Below are positions 13,101 through 27,690 of a DNA stretch of 64,000 nucleotides, one piece after another (the first letter of the stretch is position 1; every line of letters starts with the position of its first letter). Source of the stretch: Eledone cirrhosa (Eukaryota); contig OZ024744.1 of the NCBI GenBank assembly GCA_964016885.1, forward strand, positions 1,426,001 through 1,490,000, given 5' to 3'. The notes under the pieces were generated by a model. That model did no database searches and was not told the DNA's origin. It was given only the letters and a program-made list of their open reading frames with translations. Made by a program: the position numbers and the translations under genes.

Positions 13101-16100
13101 TTCACCAATCTATCTTTCTCTACCTTGTCTTCCCATAAAACGTCGTTCTTCACCAAGCTATCTTTCTCTACCTTGTCTTCCCACAAAACGTCGTTCTTCA
13201 CCAAGCTATCTTTCTCTACCTTGTCTTCCGTCAAAACTTCGTTCTTCACCAAGATATCTTTCTCTACCTTGTCTTCTCCCAAAACTTCGTTCTTCACCAA
13301 GCTATCTTTCTCTACCTTGTCTTCCCTCAAACCTTCGTTCTTCACCAAGCTATCTTTCTCTACCTTGTCTTCCCCCAAAACTTCGTTCTTCACCAAGCTA
13401 TCTTTCTCTACATTGTCTTCCCCAAAACTTCGTTCTTCACCAAGCTATCTTTCTCTACCTTGTCTTCCCCCAAAACTTTCTTGTTCACCAAGCTATCTTT
13501 CTCTACCTCGTCTTCCCCCAAAACTTCGTTCTTCACCAAGCTATCTTTCTCTACCTTGTCTTCCCCCAAAACTTCGTTCTTCACCAAGCTATCTTTCTCT
13601 ACCTTGTCTTCCCACAAAACTTCGTTCTTCACCAAGCTATCTTTCTCTACCTTGTCTTCCCACACAACGTCGTTCTTCACCAAGCTATCTTTCTCTACCT
13701 TGTCTTCCGTCAAAACTTCGTTCTTCACCAAGATATCTTTCTCTACCTTGTCTTCTCCCAAAACTTCGTTCTTCACCAAGCTATCTTTCTCTACCTTGTC
13801 TTCCCTCAGAACTTCGTTCTTCACCAAGCTATCTTTCTCTACCTTGTCTTCCCCCAAAACTTCGTTCTTCACCAAGCTATCTTTCTCTACCTTGTCTTTC
13901 ATCAAAACGTCGTTCTTCACCAAGCTCTCTTTCTCTACCTTGTCTTCCCCCAAAACTTCGTTCTTCACCAAGCTATCTTTCTCTACCTTGTCTTCCCCCA
14001 AAACTTCGTTCTTCACCAAGCTATCTTTTTCTACCTTGTCTTCCCTCAAAACATCGTTCTTCACCAAGCTATCTTTCTCTACCTTGTCTTCCCTCAAAAC
14101 TTCGTTCTTCACCAAGCTATCTTTCTCTACCTTGTCTTCCCCCAAAACTTCGTTCTTCACCAAGCTATCTTTCTCTACCTTGTCTTCTCCCAAAACTTCG
14201 TTATTCACCAAGCTATCTTTCTCTACCTTGTCTTCCCTCAAAACTTCGTTCTTCACCAAGCTATCTTTCTCTACCTTGTCTTCCCCCAAAACTTCGTTCT
14301 TCACCAAGTCATCTTTCTCTACCTTGTCTTCCCCCAAAACTTCGTTCTTCACCAAGCTATCTTTCTCTAGCTTGTCTTCACACAAAACTTCGTTCTTCAC
14401 CAAGATATCTTTCTCTACCTTGTCTTCTCCCAAAACTTCGTTCTTCACCAAGCTATCTTTCTCTACCTTGCCTTCCCTCAGAACTTCGTTCTTCAACAAG
14501 CTATCTTTCTCTACCTTGTCTTCCCCCAAAACTTCGTTCTTCACCAAGCTATCTTTCTCTACCTTGTCTTCCCCCAAAACTTCGTTCTTCACCAAGCTAT
14601 CTTTCTCTACCTTGTCTTCCCACAAAACTTCGTTCTTCACCAAGCTATCTTTCTCTACCTTGTCTTCCCACAAAACGTCGTTCTTCACCAAGCTATCTTT
14701 CTCTACCTTGTCTTCCCACAAAACGTCATTCTTCACCAAGCTATCTTTCTCTACCTTGTCTTCCGTCAAAACTTCGTTCTTCACCAAGATATCTTTCTCT
14801 ACCTTGTCTTCTCCCAAAACTTCGTTCTTCACCAAGCTATCTTTCTCTACCTTGTCTTCCCTCAAACCTTCGTTCTTCACCAAGCTATCTTTCTCTACCT
14901 TGTCTTCCCCCAAAACTTCGTTCTTCACCAAGCTATCTTTCTCTACATTGTCTTCCCCAAAACTTCGTTCTTCACCAAGCTATCTTTCTCTACCTTGTCT
15001 TCCCCCAAAACTTTCTTGTTCACCAAGCTATCTTTCTCTACCTCGTCTTCCCCCAAAACTTCGTTCTTCACCAAGCTATCTTTCTCTACCTTGTCTTCCC
15101 CCAAAACTTCGTTCTTCACCAAGCTATCTTTCTCTACCTTGTCTTCCCACAAAACGTCGTTCTTCACCAAGCTATCTTTCTCTACCTTGTCTTCCCACAA
15201 AACGTCATTCTTCACCAAGCTATCTTTCTCTACCTTGTCTTCCGTCAAAACTTCGTTCTTCACCAAGATATCTTTCTCTACCTTGTCTTCTCCCAAAACT
15301 TCGTTCTTCACCAAGCTATCTTTCTCTACCTTGTCTTCCCTCAAACCTTCGTTCTTCACCAAGCTATCTTTCTCTACCTTGTCTTCCCCCAAAACTTCGT
15401 TCTTCACCAAGCTATCTTTCTCTACATTGTCTTCCCCAAAACTTCGTTCTTCACCAAGCTATCTTTCTCTACCTTGTCTTCCCCCAAAACTTCCTTGTTC
15501 ACCAAGCTATCTTTCTCTACCTCGTCTTCCCCCAAAACTTCGTTCTTCACCAAGCTATCTTTCTCTACCTTGTCTTCCCCCAAAACTTCGTTCTTCACCA
15601 AGCTATCTTTCTCTACCTTGTCTTCCCACAAAACTTCGTTCTTCACCAAGCTATCTTTCTCTACCTTGTCTTCCCACACAACGTCGTTCTTCACCAAGCT
15701 ATCTTTCTCTACTTTGTCTTCCCTCAAAACTTCGTTCTTCACCAAGCTATCTTTCTCTACCTTGTCTTCCCCTAAAACTTCGTTCTTCACCAAGCTATCT
15801 TTCTCTACCTTGTCTTCCCTCAAAACTTCGTTCTTCACCAAGCTATCTTTTTCGACCTTGTCTTCCCCCAAAACTTCGTTATTCACCAAGCTATCTTTCT
15901 CTACCTTGTCTTCCCCCAAAACTTCGTTCTTCACCAAGCTATCTTTCACGACCTTGTCTTCCCTCAAAACTTCGTTCTTCACCAAGCTATCTTTTTCGAC
16001 CTTGTCTTCCCCCAAAACTTCGTTCTTCACCAAGCTATCTTTCTCTACCTTGTCTTCCCCCAAAACTTCGTTCTTCACCAAGCTATCTTTCACGACCTTG

Positions 16101-19100
16101 TCTTCCCTCAAAACGTCGTTCTTCACCAAGCTATCTTTCTCTACCTTGTCTTCCCCCAAAACTTCGTTCTTCACCAAGCTATCTTTCTCTACCTTGTCTT
16201 CCCCCAAAACTTCGTTCTTCACCAAGCTATCTTTCTCTACCTCGTCTTCCCTCAAAACTTCGTTCTTCACCAAGCTATCTTTCTCTATCTTGTCTTCCCC
16301 CAAAACTTTGTTCTTCACCAAGCTATCTTTCTCTACCTTGTCTTCCCCCAAAACTTCGTTCTTCACCAAGCTATCTTTCTCTACCTTGTCTTCCCCTAAA
16401 ACTTCGTTCTTCACCAAGCTATCTTTCTCTAGCTTGTCTTCATACAAAACTTCGTTCTTCACCAAGCTATCTTTCTCTACCTTGTCTTCCCACAAAACGT
16501 CATTCTTCACCAAGCTATCTTTCTCTACCTTGTCTTCCGTCAAAACTTCGTTCTTCACCAAGCTATCTTTCTCTACCTTGTCTTCCCTCAAACCTTCGTT
16601 CTTCACCAAGCTATCTTTCTCTACCTTGTCTTCCCCCAAAACTTCGTTCTTCACCAAGCTATCTTTCTCTACATTGTCTTCCCCAAAACTTCGTTCTTCA
16701 CCAAGCTATCTTTCTCTACCTTGTCTTCCCCCAAAACTTCCTTGTTCACCAAGCTATCTTTCTCTACCTCGTCTTCCCCCAAAACTTCGTTCTTCACCAA
16801 GCTATCTTTCTCTACCTTGTCTTCCCCCAAAACTTCGTTCTTCACCAAGCTATCTTTCTCTACCTTGTCTTCCCACAAAACTTCGTTCTTCACCAAGCTA
16901 TCTTTCTCTACCTTGTCTTCCCACAAAACGTCGTTCTTCACCAAGCTATCTTTCTCTACTTTGTCTTCCCTCAAAACTTCGTTCTTCACCAAGCTATCTT
17001 TCTCTACCTTGTCTTCCCCCAAAACTTCGTTCTTCACCAAGCTATCTTTCTCTCCCTTGTCTTCCCTCAAAACTTCGTTCTTCACCAAGCTATCTTTTTC
17101 GACCTTGTCTTCCCCCAAAACTTCGTTATTCACCAAGCTATCTTTCTCTACCTCGTCTTCCCCCAAAACTTCGTTCTTCACCAAGCTATCTTTCTCTACC
17201 TTGTCTTCCCCCAAAACTTCGTTCTTCACCAAGCTATCTTTCACGACCTTGTCTTCCCTCAAAACGTCGTTCTTCACCAAGCTATCTTTCTCTACCTTGT
17301 CTTCCCCCAAAACTTCGTTCTTCACCAAGCTATCTTTCTCTACCTTGTCTTCCCCCAAAACTTCGTTCTTCACCAAGCTATCTTTCTCTACCTCGTCTTC
17401 CCTCAAAACTTCGTTCTTCACCAAGCTATCTTTCTCTACCTTGTCTTCCCCCAAAACTTTGTTCTTCACCAAGCTATCTTTCTCTACCTTGTCTTCCCCC
17501 AAAACTTCGTTCTTCACCAAGCTATCTTTCTCTACCTTGCCTTCCCCTAAAACTTCGTTCTTCACCAAGCTATCTTTCTCTAGCTTGTCTTCATACAAAA
17601 CTTCGTTCTTCACCAAGCTATCTTTCTCTACCTTGTCTTCCCACAAAACGTCATTCTTCACCAAGCTATCTTTCTCTACCTTGTCTTCCGTCAAAACTTC
17701 GTTCTTCACCAAGCTATCTTTCTCTAACTTGTCTTCCCTCAAAACGTCGTTCTTCACCAAGCTATCTTTCTCTACCTTGTCTTCCCCCAAAACTTCGTTC
17801 TTCACCAAGCTATCTTTCTCTACCTTGTCTTCCCCCAAAACTTCGTTCTTCGCAAGCTATCTTTCTCTACGTTGCCTTCCCCCAAAACTTCGTTCTTCAC
17901 CAAGCTATCTTTCTCTACCTTGTCTTCTCCCAAAACTTCGTTATTCACCAAGCTATCTTTCTCTACCTTGTCTTCCCCCAAAACTTCGTTCTTCACCAAG
18001 CTATCTTTCTCTACCTTGTCTTCCCCCAAAACTTCGTTCTTCACCAAGCTATCTTTCTCTACCTTGTCTTCCCCCAAAACTTCTTTCTACACCAAGTCAT
18101 CTTTCTCTACCTTGTCATCCCTCAAAACTTCGTTCTTCTCCAATCTATCTTTCTCTGCCTTGTCTTCCCCCAAAACTTCGTTCTTCACCAAGCTATCTTT
18201 CTCTACCTTGTCTTCACACAAAACTTCGTTCTTCACCAAGCTATCTTTCTCTACCTTGTCTTCCCACAAAACGTCATTCTTCACCAAGCTATCTTTCTCT
18301 ACCTTGTCTTCCGTCAAAACTTCGTTCTTCACCAAGATATCTTTCTCTACCTTGTCTTCTCCCAAAACTTCGTTCTTCACCAAGCTATCTTTCTCTACCT
18401 TGTCTTCCCTCAGAACTTCGTTCTTCACCAAGCTATCTTTCTCCACCTTGTCTTCCCCCAAAACTTCGTTCTTCACCAAGCTATCTTTCTCTAGCTTGTC
18501 TTCACACAAAACTTCGTTCTTCACCAAGATATCTTTCTCTACCTTGTCTTCTCCCAAAACTTCGTTCTTCACCAAGCTATCTTTCTCTACCTTGCCTTCC
18601 CTCAGAACTTCGTTCTTCAACAAGCTATCTTTCTCTACCTTGTCTTCCCCCAAAACTTCGTTCTTCACCAAGCTATCTTTCTCTACCTTGTCTTCCCCCA
18701 AAACTTCGTTCTTCACCAAGCTATCTTTCTCTACCTTGTCTTCCCACAAAACTTCGTTCTTCACCAATCCATCTTTCTCTACCTTGTCTTCCCACAAAAC
18801 GTCGTTCTTCACCAAGCTATCTTTCTCTACCTTGTCTTCCCACAAAACGTCATTCTTCACCAAGCTATCTTTCTCTACCTTGTCTTCCGTCAAAACTTCG
18901 TTCTTCACCAAGATATCTTTCTCTACCTTGTCTTCTCCCAAAACTTCGTTCTTCACCAAGCTATCTTTCTCTACCTTGTCTTCCCTCAAACCTTCGTTCT
19001 TCACCAAGCTATCTTTCTTTACCTTGTCTTCCCCCAAAACTTCGTTCTTCACCAAGCTATCTTTCTCTACATTGTCTTCCCCAAAACTTCGTTCTTCACC

Positions 19101-22100
19101 AAGCTATCTTTCTCTACCTTGTCTTCCCCCAAAACTTTCTTGTTCACCAAGCTATCTTTCTCTACCTCGTCTTCCCCCAAAACTTCGTTCTTCACCAAGC
19201 TATCTTTCTCTACCTTGTCTTCCCCCAAAACTTCGTTCTTCACCAAGCTATCTTTCTCTACCTTGTCTTCCCACAAAACTTCGTTCTTCACCAAGCTATC
19301 TTTCTCTACCTTGTCTTCCCACACAACGTCGTTCTTCACCAAGCTATCTTTCTCTACTTTGTCTTCCCTCAAAACTTCGTTCTTCACCAAGCTATCTTTC
19401 TCTACCTTGTCTTCCGTCAAAACTTCGTTCTTCACCAAGATATCTTTCTCTACCTTGTCTTCTCCCAAAACTTCGTTCTTCACCAAGCTATCTTTCTCTA
19501 CCTTGTCTTCCCTCAGAACTTCGTTCTTCACCAAGCTATCTTTCTCTACCTTGTCTTCCCCCAAAACTTCGTTCTTCACCAAGCTATCTTTCTCTACCTT
19601 GTCTTTCATCAAAACGTCGTTCTTCACCAAGCTCTCTTTCTCTACCTTGTCTTCCCCCAAAACTTCGTTCTTCACCAAGCTATCTTTCTCTACCTTGTCT
19701 TCCCCCAAAACTTCGTTCTTCACCAAGCTATCTTTTTCTACCTTGTCTTCCCTCAAAACATCGTTCTTCACCAAGCTATCTTTCTCTACCTTGTCTTCCC
19801 TCAAAACTTCGTTCTTCACCAAGCTATCTTTCTCTACCTTGTCTTCCCCCAAAACTTCGTTCTTCACCAAGCTATCTTTCTCTACCTTGTCTTCTCCCAA
19901 AACTTCGTTATTCACCAAGCTATCTTTCTCTACCTTGTCTTCCCTCAAAACTTCGTTCTTCACCAAGCTATCTTTCTCTACCTTGTCTTCCCCCAAAACT
20001 TCGTTCTTCACCAAGTCATCTTTCTCTACCTTGTCATCCCTCAAAACTTTGTTCTTCACCAATCTATCTTTCTCTACCTTGTCTTCCCCCAAAACTTCGT
20101 TCTTCACCAAGCTATCTTTCTCTAGCTTGTCTTCACACAAAACTTCGTTCTTCACCAAGATATCTTTCTCTACCTTGTCTTCTCCCAAAACTTCGTTCTT
20201 CACCAAGCTATCTTTCTCTACCTTGCCTTCCCTCAGAACTTCGTTCTTCAACAAGCTATCTTTCTCTACCTTGTCTTCCCCCAAAACTTCGTTCTTCACC
20301 AAGCTATCTTTCTCTAACTTGTCTTCCCCCAAAACTTCGTTCTTCACCAAGCTATCTTTCTCTACCTTGTCTTCCCACAAAACTTCGTTCTTCACCAAGC
20401 TATCTTTCTCTACCTTGTCTTCCCACAAAACGTCGTTCTTCACCAAGCTATCTTTCTCTACCTTGTCTTCCCACAAAACGTCATTCTTCACCAAGCTATC
20501 TTTCTCTACCTTGTCTTCCGTCAAAACTTCGTTCTTCACCAAGATATCTTTCTCTACCTTGTCTTCTCCCAAAACTTCGTTCTTCACCAAGCTATCTTTC
20601 TCTACCTTGTCTTCCCTCAAACCTTCGTTCTTCACCAAGCTATCTTTCTCTACCTTGTCTTCCCCCAAAACTTCGTTCTTCACCAAGCTATCTTTCTCTA
20701 CATTGTCTTCCCCAAAACTTCGTTCTTCACCAAGCTATCTTTCTCTACCTTGTCTTCCCCCAAAACTTTCTTGTTCACCAAGCTATCTTTCTCTACCTCG
20801 TCTTCCCCCAAAACTTCGTTCTTCACCAAGCTATCTTTCTCTACCTTGTCTTCCCCCAAAACTTCGTTCTTCACCAAGCTATCTTTCTCTACCTTGTCTT
20901 CCCACAAAACGTCGTTCTTCACCAAGCTATCTTTCTCTACCTTGTCTTCCCACAAAACGTCATTCTTCACCAAGCTATCTTTCTCTACCTTGTCTTCCGT
21001 CAAAACTTCGTTCTTCACCAAGATATATTTCTCTACCTTGTCTTCTCCCAAAACTTCGTTCTTCACCAAGCTATCTTTCTCTACCTTGTCTTCCCTCAAA
21101 CCTTCGTTCTTCACCAAGCTATCTTTCTCTACCTTGTCTTCCCCCAAAACTTCGTTCTTCACCAAGCTATCTTTCTCTACATTGTCTTCCCCAAAACTTC
21201 GTTCTTCACCAAGCTATCTTTCTCTACCTTGTCTTCCCCCAAAACTTTCTTGTTCACCAAGCTATCTTTCTCTACCTCGTCTTCCCCCAAAACTTCGTTC
21301 TTCACCAAGCTATCTTTCTCTACCTTGTCTTCCCCCAAAACTTCGTTCTTCACCAAGCTATCTTTCTCTACCTTGTCTTCCCACAAAACTTCGTTGTCAC
21401 CAAGCTATCTTTCTCTACCTTGTCTTCCCACACAACGTCGTTCTTCACCAAGCTATCTTTCTCTACTTTGTCTTCCCTCAAAACTTCGTTCTTCACCAAG
21501 CTATCTTTCTCTACCTTGTCTTCCCCCAAAACTTCGTTCTTCACCAAGCTATCTTTCTCTACCTTGTCTTCCCTCAAAACTTCGTTCTTCACCAAGCTAT
21601 CTTTTTCGACCTTGTCTTCCCCCAAAACTTCGTTATTCACCAAGCTATCTTTCTCTACCTTGTCTTCCCCCAAAACTTCGTTCTTCACCAAGCTATCTTT
21701 CACGACCTTGTCTTCCCTCAAAACTCCGTTCTTCACCAAGCTATCTTTTTCGACCTTGTCTTCCCCCAAAACTTCGTTCTTCACCAAGCTATCTTTCTCT
21801 ACCTTGTCTTCCCCCAAAACTTCGTTCTTCACCAAGCTATCTTTCACGACCTTGTCTTCCCTCAAAACGTCGTTCTTCACCAAGCTATCTTTCTCTACCT
21901 TGTCTTCCCCCAAAACTTCGTTCTTCACCAAGCTATCTTTCTCTACCTTGTCTTCCCCCAAAACTTCGTTCTTCACCAAGCTATCTTTCTCTACCTCGTC
22001 TTCCCTCAAAACTTCGTTCTTCACCAAGCTATCTTTCTCTACCTCGTCTTCCCTCAAAACTTCGTTCTTCACCAAGCTATCTTTCTCTACCTTGTCTTCC

Positions 22101-23500
22101 CCCAAAACTTTGTTCTTCACCAAGCTATCTTTCTCTACCTTGTCTTCCCCCAAAACTTCGTTCTTCACCAAGCTATCTTTCTCTACCTTGTCTTCCCCTA
22201 AAACTTCGTTCTTCACCAAGCTATCTTTCTCTAGCTTGTCTTCATACAAAACTTCGTTCTTCACCAAGCTATCTTTCTCTACCTTGTCTTCCCAAAAAAC
22301 GTCATTCTTCACCAAGCTATCTTTCTCTACCTTGTCTTCCGTCAAAACTTCGTTCTTCACCAAGCTATCTTTCTCTACCTTGTCTTCCCTCAAACCTTCG
22401 TTCTTCACCAAGCTATCTTTCTCTACCTTGTCTTCCCCCAAAACTTCGTTCTTCATCAAGCTATCTTTCTCTACATTGTCTTCCCCAAAACTTCGTTCTT
22501 CACCAAGCTATCTTTCTCTACCTTGTCTTCCCCCAAAACTTCCTTGTTCACCAAGCTATCTTTCTCTACCTCGTCTTCCCCCAAAACTTCGTTCTTCACC
22601 AAGCTATCTTTCTCTACCTTGTCTTCCCCCAAAACTTCGTTCTTCACCAAGCTATCTTTCTCTACCTTGTCTTCTCACAAAACCTCGTTCTTCACCAAGC
22701 TATCTTTCTCTACCTTGTCTTCCCACAAAACGTCGTTCTTCACCAAGCTATCTTTCTCTACTTTGTCTTCCCTCAAAACTTCGTTCTTCACCAAGCTATC
22801 TTTCTCTACCTTGTCTTCCCCCAAAACTTCGTTCTTCACCAAGCTATCTTTCTCTCCCTTGTCTTCCCTCAAAACTTCGTTCTTCACCAAGCTATCTTTT
22901 TCGACCTTGTCTTCCCCCAAAACTTCGTTATTCACCAAGCTATCTTTCTCTACCTCGTCTTCCCCCAAAACTTCGTTCTTCACCAAGCTATCTTTCTCTA
23001 CCTTGTCTTCCCCCAAAACTTCGTTCTTCACCAAGCTATCTTTCACGACCTTGTCTTCCCTCAAAACGTCGTTCTTCACCAAGCTATCTTTCTCTACCTT
23101 GTCTTCCCCCAAAACTTCGTTCTTCACCAAGCTATCTTTCTCTACCTTGTCTTCCCCAAAACTTCGTTCTTCACCAAGCTATCTTTCTCTACCTCGTCTT
23201 CCCTCAAAACTTCGTTCTTCACCAAGCTATCTTTCTCTACCTTGTCTTCCCCCAAAACTTTGTTCTTCACCAAGCTATCTTTCTCTACCTTGTCTTCCCC
23301 CAAAACTTCGTTCTTCACCAAGCTATCTTTCTCTACCTTGTCTTCCCCTAAAACTTCGTTCTTCACCAAGCTATCTTTCTCTAGCTTGTCTTCATACAAA
23401 ACTACGTTCTTCACCAAGCTATCTTTCTCTACCTTGTCTTCCCACAAAACGTCATTCTTCACCAAGCTATCTTTCTCTACCTTGTCTTCCGTCAAAACTT
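8270..23500. repeat. Imperfect ~5.7-6.0 kb higher-order periodicity (~120-126 monomers), about three copies
   Basis: 47-bp marker monomers at 8899/9378/~10625 recur at 14943/15422/16669 (offset 6044 = 126x48-4). They recur again at 20698/21177/~22471 (offset 5755-5802). The same order of SNP-marked monomers is kept, and a further related copy lies at 219/698/1897. Confidence 0.8.
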
Positions 23501-24429
23501 CGTTCTTCACCAAGCTATCTTTCTCTAACTTGTCTTCCCTCAAAACGTCGTTCTTCACCAAGCTATCTTTCTCTACCTTGTCTTCCCCCAAAACTTCGTT
23601 CTTCACCAAGCTATCTTTCTCTACCTTGTCTTCCCCCAAAACTTCGTTCTTCGCAAGCTATCTTTCTCTACCTTGCCTTCCCCCAAAACTTCGTTCTTCA
23701 CCAAGCTATCTTTCTCTACCTTGTCTTCTCCCAAAACTTCGTTATTCACCAAGCTATCTTTCTCTACCTTGTCTTCCCTCAAAACTTCGTTCTTCACCAA
23801 GTCATCTTTCTCTACCTTGTCATCCCTCAAAACTTTGTTCTTCACCAATCTATCTTTCTCTACCTTGTCTTCCCCCAAAACTTCGTTCTTCACCAAGCTA
23901 TCTTTCTCTACCTTGTCTTCACACAAAACTTCGTTCTTCACCAAGCTATCTTTCTCTACCTTGTCTTCCCACAAAACGTCATTCTTCACCAAGCTATCTT
24001 TCTCTACCTTGTCTTCCGTCAAAACTTCGTTCTTCACCAAGATATCTTTCTCTACCTTGTCTTCTCCCAAAACTTCGTTCTTCACCAAGCTATCTTTCTC
24101 TACCTTGTCTTCCCTCAGAACTTCGTTCTTCACCAAGCTATCTTTCTCCACCTTGTCTTCCCCCAAAACTTCGTTCTTCACCAAGCTATCTTTCTCTACC
24201 TTGTCTTTCATCAAAACGTCGTTCTTCACCAAGCTCTCTTTCTCTACCTTGTCTTCCCCCAAAACTTCGTTCTTCACCAAGCTATCTTTCTCTACCTTGT
24301 CTTCCCCCAAAACTTCGTTCTTCACCAAGCTATCTTTTTCTACCTTGTCTTCCCTCAAAACATCGTTCTTCACCAAGCTATCTTTCTCTACCTTGTCTTC
24401 CCTCAAAACTCCGTTCTTCACCAAGCTAT

Positions 24430-27400
24430 CTTTCTCTACCTTGTCTTCCCCCAAAACTTCGTTCTTCACCAAGCTATCTTTCTCTACCTTGTCTTCTCCC
24501 AAAACTTCGTTATTCACCAAGCTATCTTTCTCTACCTTGTCTTCCCTCAAAACTTCGTTCTTCACCAAGCTATCTTTCTCTACCTTGTCTTCCCCCAAAA
24601 CTTCGTTCTTCACCAAGTCATCTTTCTCTACCTTGTCATCCCTCAAAACTTTGTTCTTCACCAATCTATCTTTCTCTACCTTATCTTCCCCCAAAACTTC
24701 GTTCTTCACCAAGCTATCTTTCTCTAGCTTGTCTTCACACAAAACTTCGTTCTTCACCAAGATATCTTTCTCTACCTTGTCTTCTCCCAAAACTTCGTTC
24801 TTCACCAAGCTATCTTTCTCTACCTTGCCTTCTCTCAGAACTTCGTTCTTCAACAAGCTATCTTTCTCTACCTTGTCTTCCCCCAAAACTTCGTTCTTCA
24901 CCAAGCTATCTTTCTCTACCTTGTCTTCCCCCAAAACTTCGTTCTTCACCAAGCTATCTTTCTCTACCTTGTCTTCCCACAAAACTTCGTTCTTCACCAA
25001 TCTATCTTTCTCTACCTTGTCTTCCCACAAAACGTCGTTCTTCACCAAGCTATCTTTCTCTACCTTGTCTTCCCACAAAACGTCATTCTTCACCAAGCTA
25101 TCTTTCTCTACCTTGTCTTCCGTCAAAACTTCGTTCTTCACCAAGATATCTTTCTCTACCTTGTCTTCTCCCAAAACTTCGTTCTTCACCAAGCTATCTT
25201 TCTCTACCTTGTCTTCCCTCAAACCTTCGTTCTTCACCAAGCTATCTTTCTCTACCTTGTCTTCCCCCAAAACTTCGTTCTTCACCAAGCTATCTTTCTC
25301 TACATTGTCTTCCCCAAAACTTCGTTCTTCACCAAGCTATCTTTCTCTACCATGTCTTCCCCCAAAACTTTCTTGTTCACCAAGCTATCTTTCTCTACCT
25401 CGTCTTCCCCCAAAACTTCGTTCTTCACCAAGCTATCTTTCTCTACCTTGTCTTCCCCCAAAACTTCGTTCTTCACCAAGCTATCTTTCTCTACCTTGTC
25501 TTCCCACAAAACTTCGTTCTTCACCAAGCTATCTTTCTCTACCTTGTCTTCCCACACAACGTCGTTCTTCACCAAGCTATCTTTCTCTACCTTGTCTTCC
25601 CCTAAAACTTCGTTCTTCACCAAGCTATCTTTCTCTAGCTTGTCTTCATACAAAACTTCGTTCTTCACCAAGCTATCTTTCTCTACCTTGTCTTCCCACA
25701 AAACGTCATTCTTCACCAAGCTATCTTTCTCTACCTTGTCTTCCGTCAAAACTTCGTTCTTCACCAAGCTATCTTTCTCTAACTTGTCTTCCCTCAAAAC
25801 GTCGTTCTTCACCAAGCTATCTTTCTCTACCTTGTCTTCCCCCAAAACTTCGTTCTTCACCAAGCTATCTTTCTCTACCTTGTCTTCCCCCAAAACTTCG
25901 TTCTTCGCAAGCTATCTTTCTCTACCTTGCCTTCCCCCAAAACTTCGTTCTTCACCAAGCTATCTTTCTCTACCTTGTCTTCTCCCAAAACTTCGTTATT
26001 CACCAAGCTATCTTTCTCTACCTTGTCTTCCCCCAAAACTTCGTTCTTCACCAAGCTATCTTTCTCTACCTTGTCTTCCCCCAAAACTTCGTTCTTCACC
26101 AAGCTATCTTTCTCTACCTTGTCTTCTCCCAAAACTTCGTTATTCACCAAGCTATCTTTCTCTACCTTGTCTTCCCTCAAAACTTCGTTCTTCACCAAGC
26201 TATCTTTCTCTACCTTGTCTTCCCCCAAAACTTCGTTCTTCACCAAGTCATCTTTCTCTACCTTGTCATCCCTCAAAACTTTGTTCTTCACCAATCTATC
26301 TTTCTCTACCTTATCTTCCCCCAAAACTTCGTTCTTCACCAAGCTATCTTTCTCTAGCTTGTCTTCACACAAAACTTCGTTCTTCACCAAGATATCTTTC
26401 TCTACCTTGTCTTCTCCCAAAACTTCGTTCTTCACCAAGCTATCTTTCTCTACCTTGCCTTCTCTCAGAACTTCGTTCTTCAACAAGCTATCTTTCTCTA
26501 CCTTGTCTTCCCCCAAAACTTCGTTCTTCACCAAGCTATCTTTCTCTACCTTGTCTTCCCCCAAAACTTCGTTCTTCACCAAGCTATCTTTCTCTACCTT
26601 GTCTTCCCACAAAACTTCGTTCTTCACCAATCTATCTTTCTCTACCTTGTCTTCCCACAAAACGTCGTTCTTCACCAAGCTATCTTTCTCTACCTTGTCT
26701 TCCCACAAAACGTCATTCTTCACCAAGCTATCTTTCTCTACCTTGTCTTCCGTCAAAACTTCGTTCTTCACCAAGATATCTTTCTCTACCTTGTCTTCTC
26801 CCAAAACTTCGTTCTTCACCAAGCTATCTTTCTCTACCTTGTCTTCCCTCAAACCTTCGTTCTTCACCAAGCTATCTTTCTCTACCTTGTCTTCCCCCAA
26901 AACTTCGTTCTTCACCAAGCTATCTTTCTCTACATTGTCTTCCCCAAAACTTCGTTCTTCACCAAGCTATCTTTCTCTACCTTGTCTTCCCCCAAAACTT
27001 TCTTGTTCACCAAGCTATCTTTCTCTACCTCGTCTTCCCCCAAAACTTCGTTCTTCACCAAGCTATCTTTCTCTACCTTGTCTTCCCCCAAAACTTCGTT
27101 CTTCACCAAGCTATCTTTCTCTACCTTGTCTTCCCACAAAACTTCGTTCTTCACCAAGCTATCTTTCTCTACCTTGTCTTCCCACACAACGTCGTTCTTC
27201 ACCAAGCTATCTTTCTCTACCTTGTCTTCCCCTAAAACTTCGTTCTTCACCAAGCTATCTTTCTCTAGCTTGTCTTCATACAAAACTTCGTTCTTCACCA
27301 AGCTATCTTTCTCTACCTTGTCTTCCCACAAAACGTCATTCTTCACCAAGCTATCTTTCTCTACCTTGTCTTCCGTCAAAACTTCGTTCTTCACCAAGCT

Positions 27401-27690
27401 ATCTTTCTCTAACTTGTCTTCCCTCAAAACGTCGTTCTTCACCAAGCTATCTTTCTCTACCTTGTCTTCCCCCAAAACTTCGTTCTTCACCAAGCTATCT
27501 TTCTCTACCTTGTCTTCCCCCAAAACTTCGTTCTTCGCAAGCTATCTTTCTCTACCTTGCCTTCCCCCAAAACTTCGTTCTTCACCAAGCTATCTTTCTC
27601 TACCTTGTCTTCTCCCAAAACTTCGTTATTCACCAAGCTATCTTTCTCTACCTTGTCTTCCCCCAAAACTTCGTTCTTCACCAAGCTATC
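24430..27690. repeat. Higher-order tandem duplication, 1,630 bp (34 monomers) x2, with a related partial copy near 28.2-29.4 kb
   Basis: Breakpoints 25300/26930 and 25875/27505 differ by 1630 = 34x48-2. Variants CCTTATCTTCCC (~24680, ~26310, ~28467) and CCTTCTCTCAGA (~24828, ~26458, ~28616) are shared. Confidence 0.85.
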
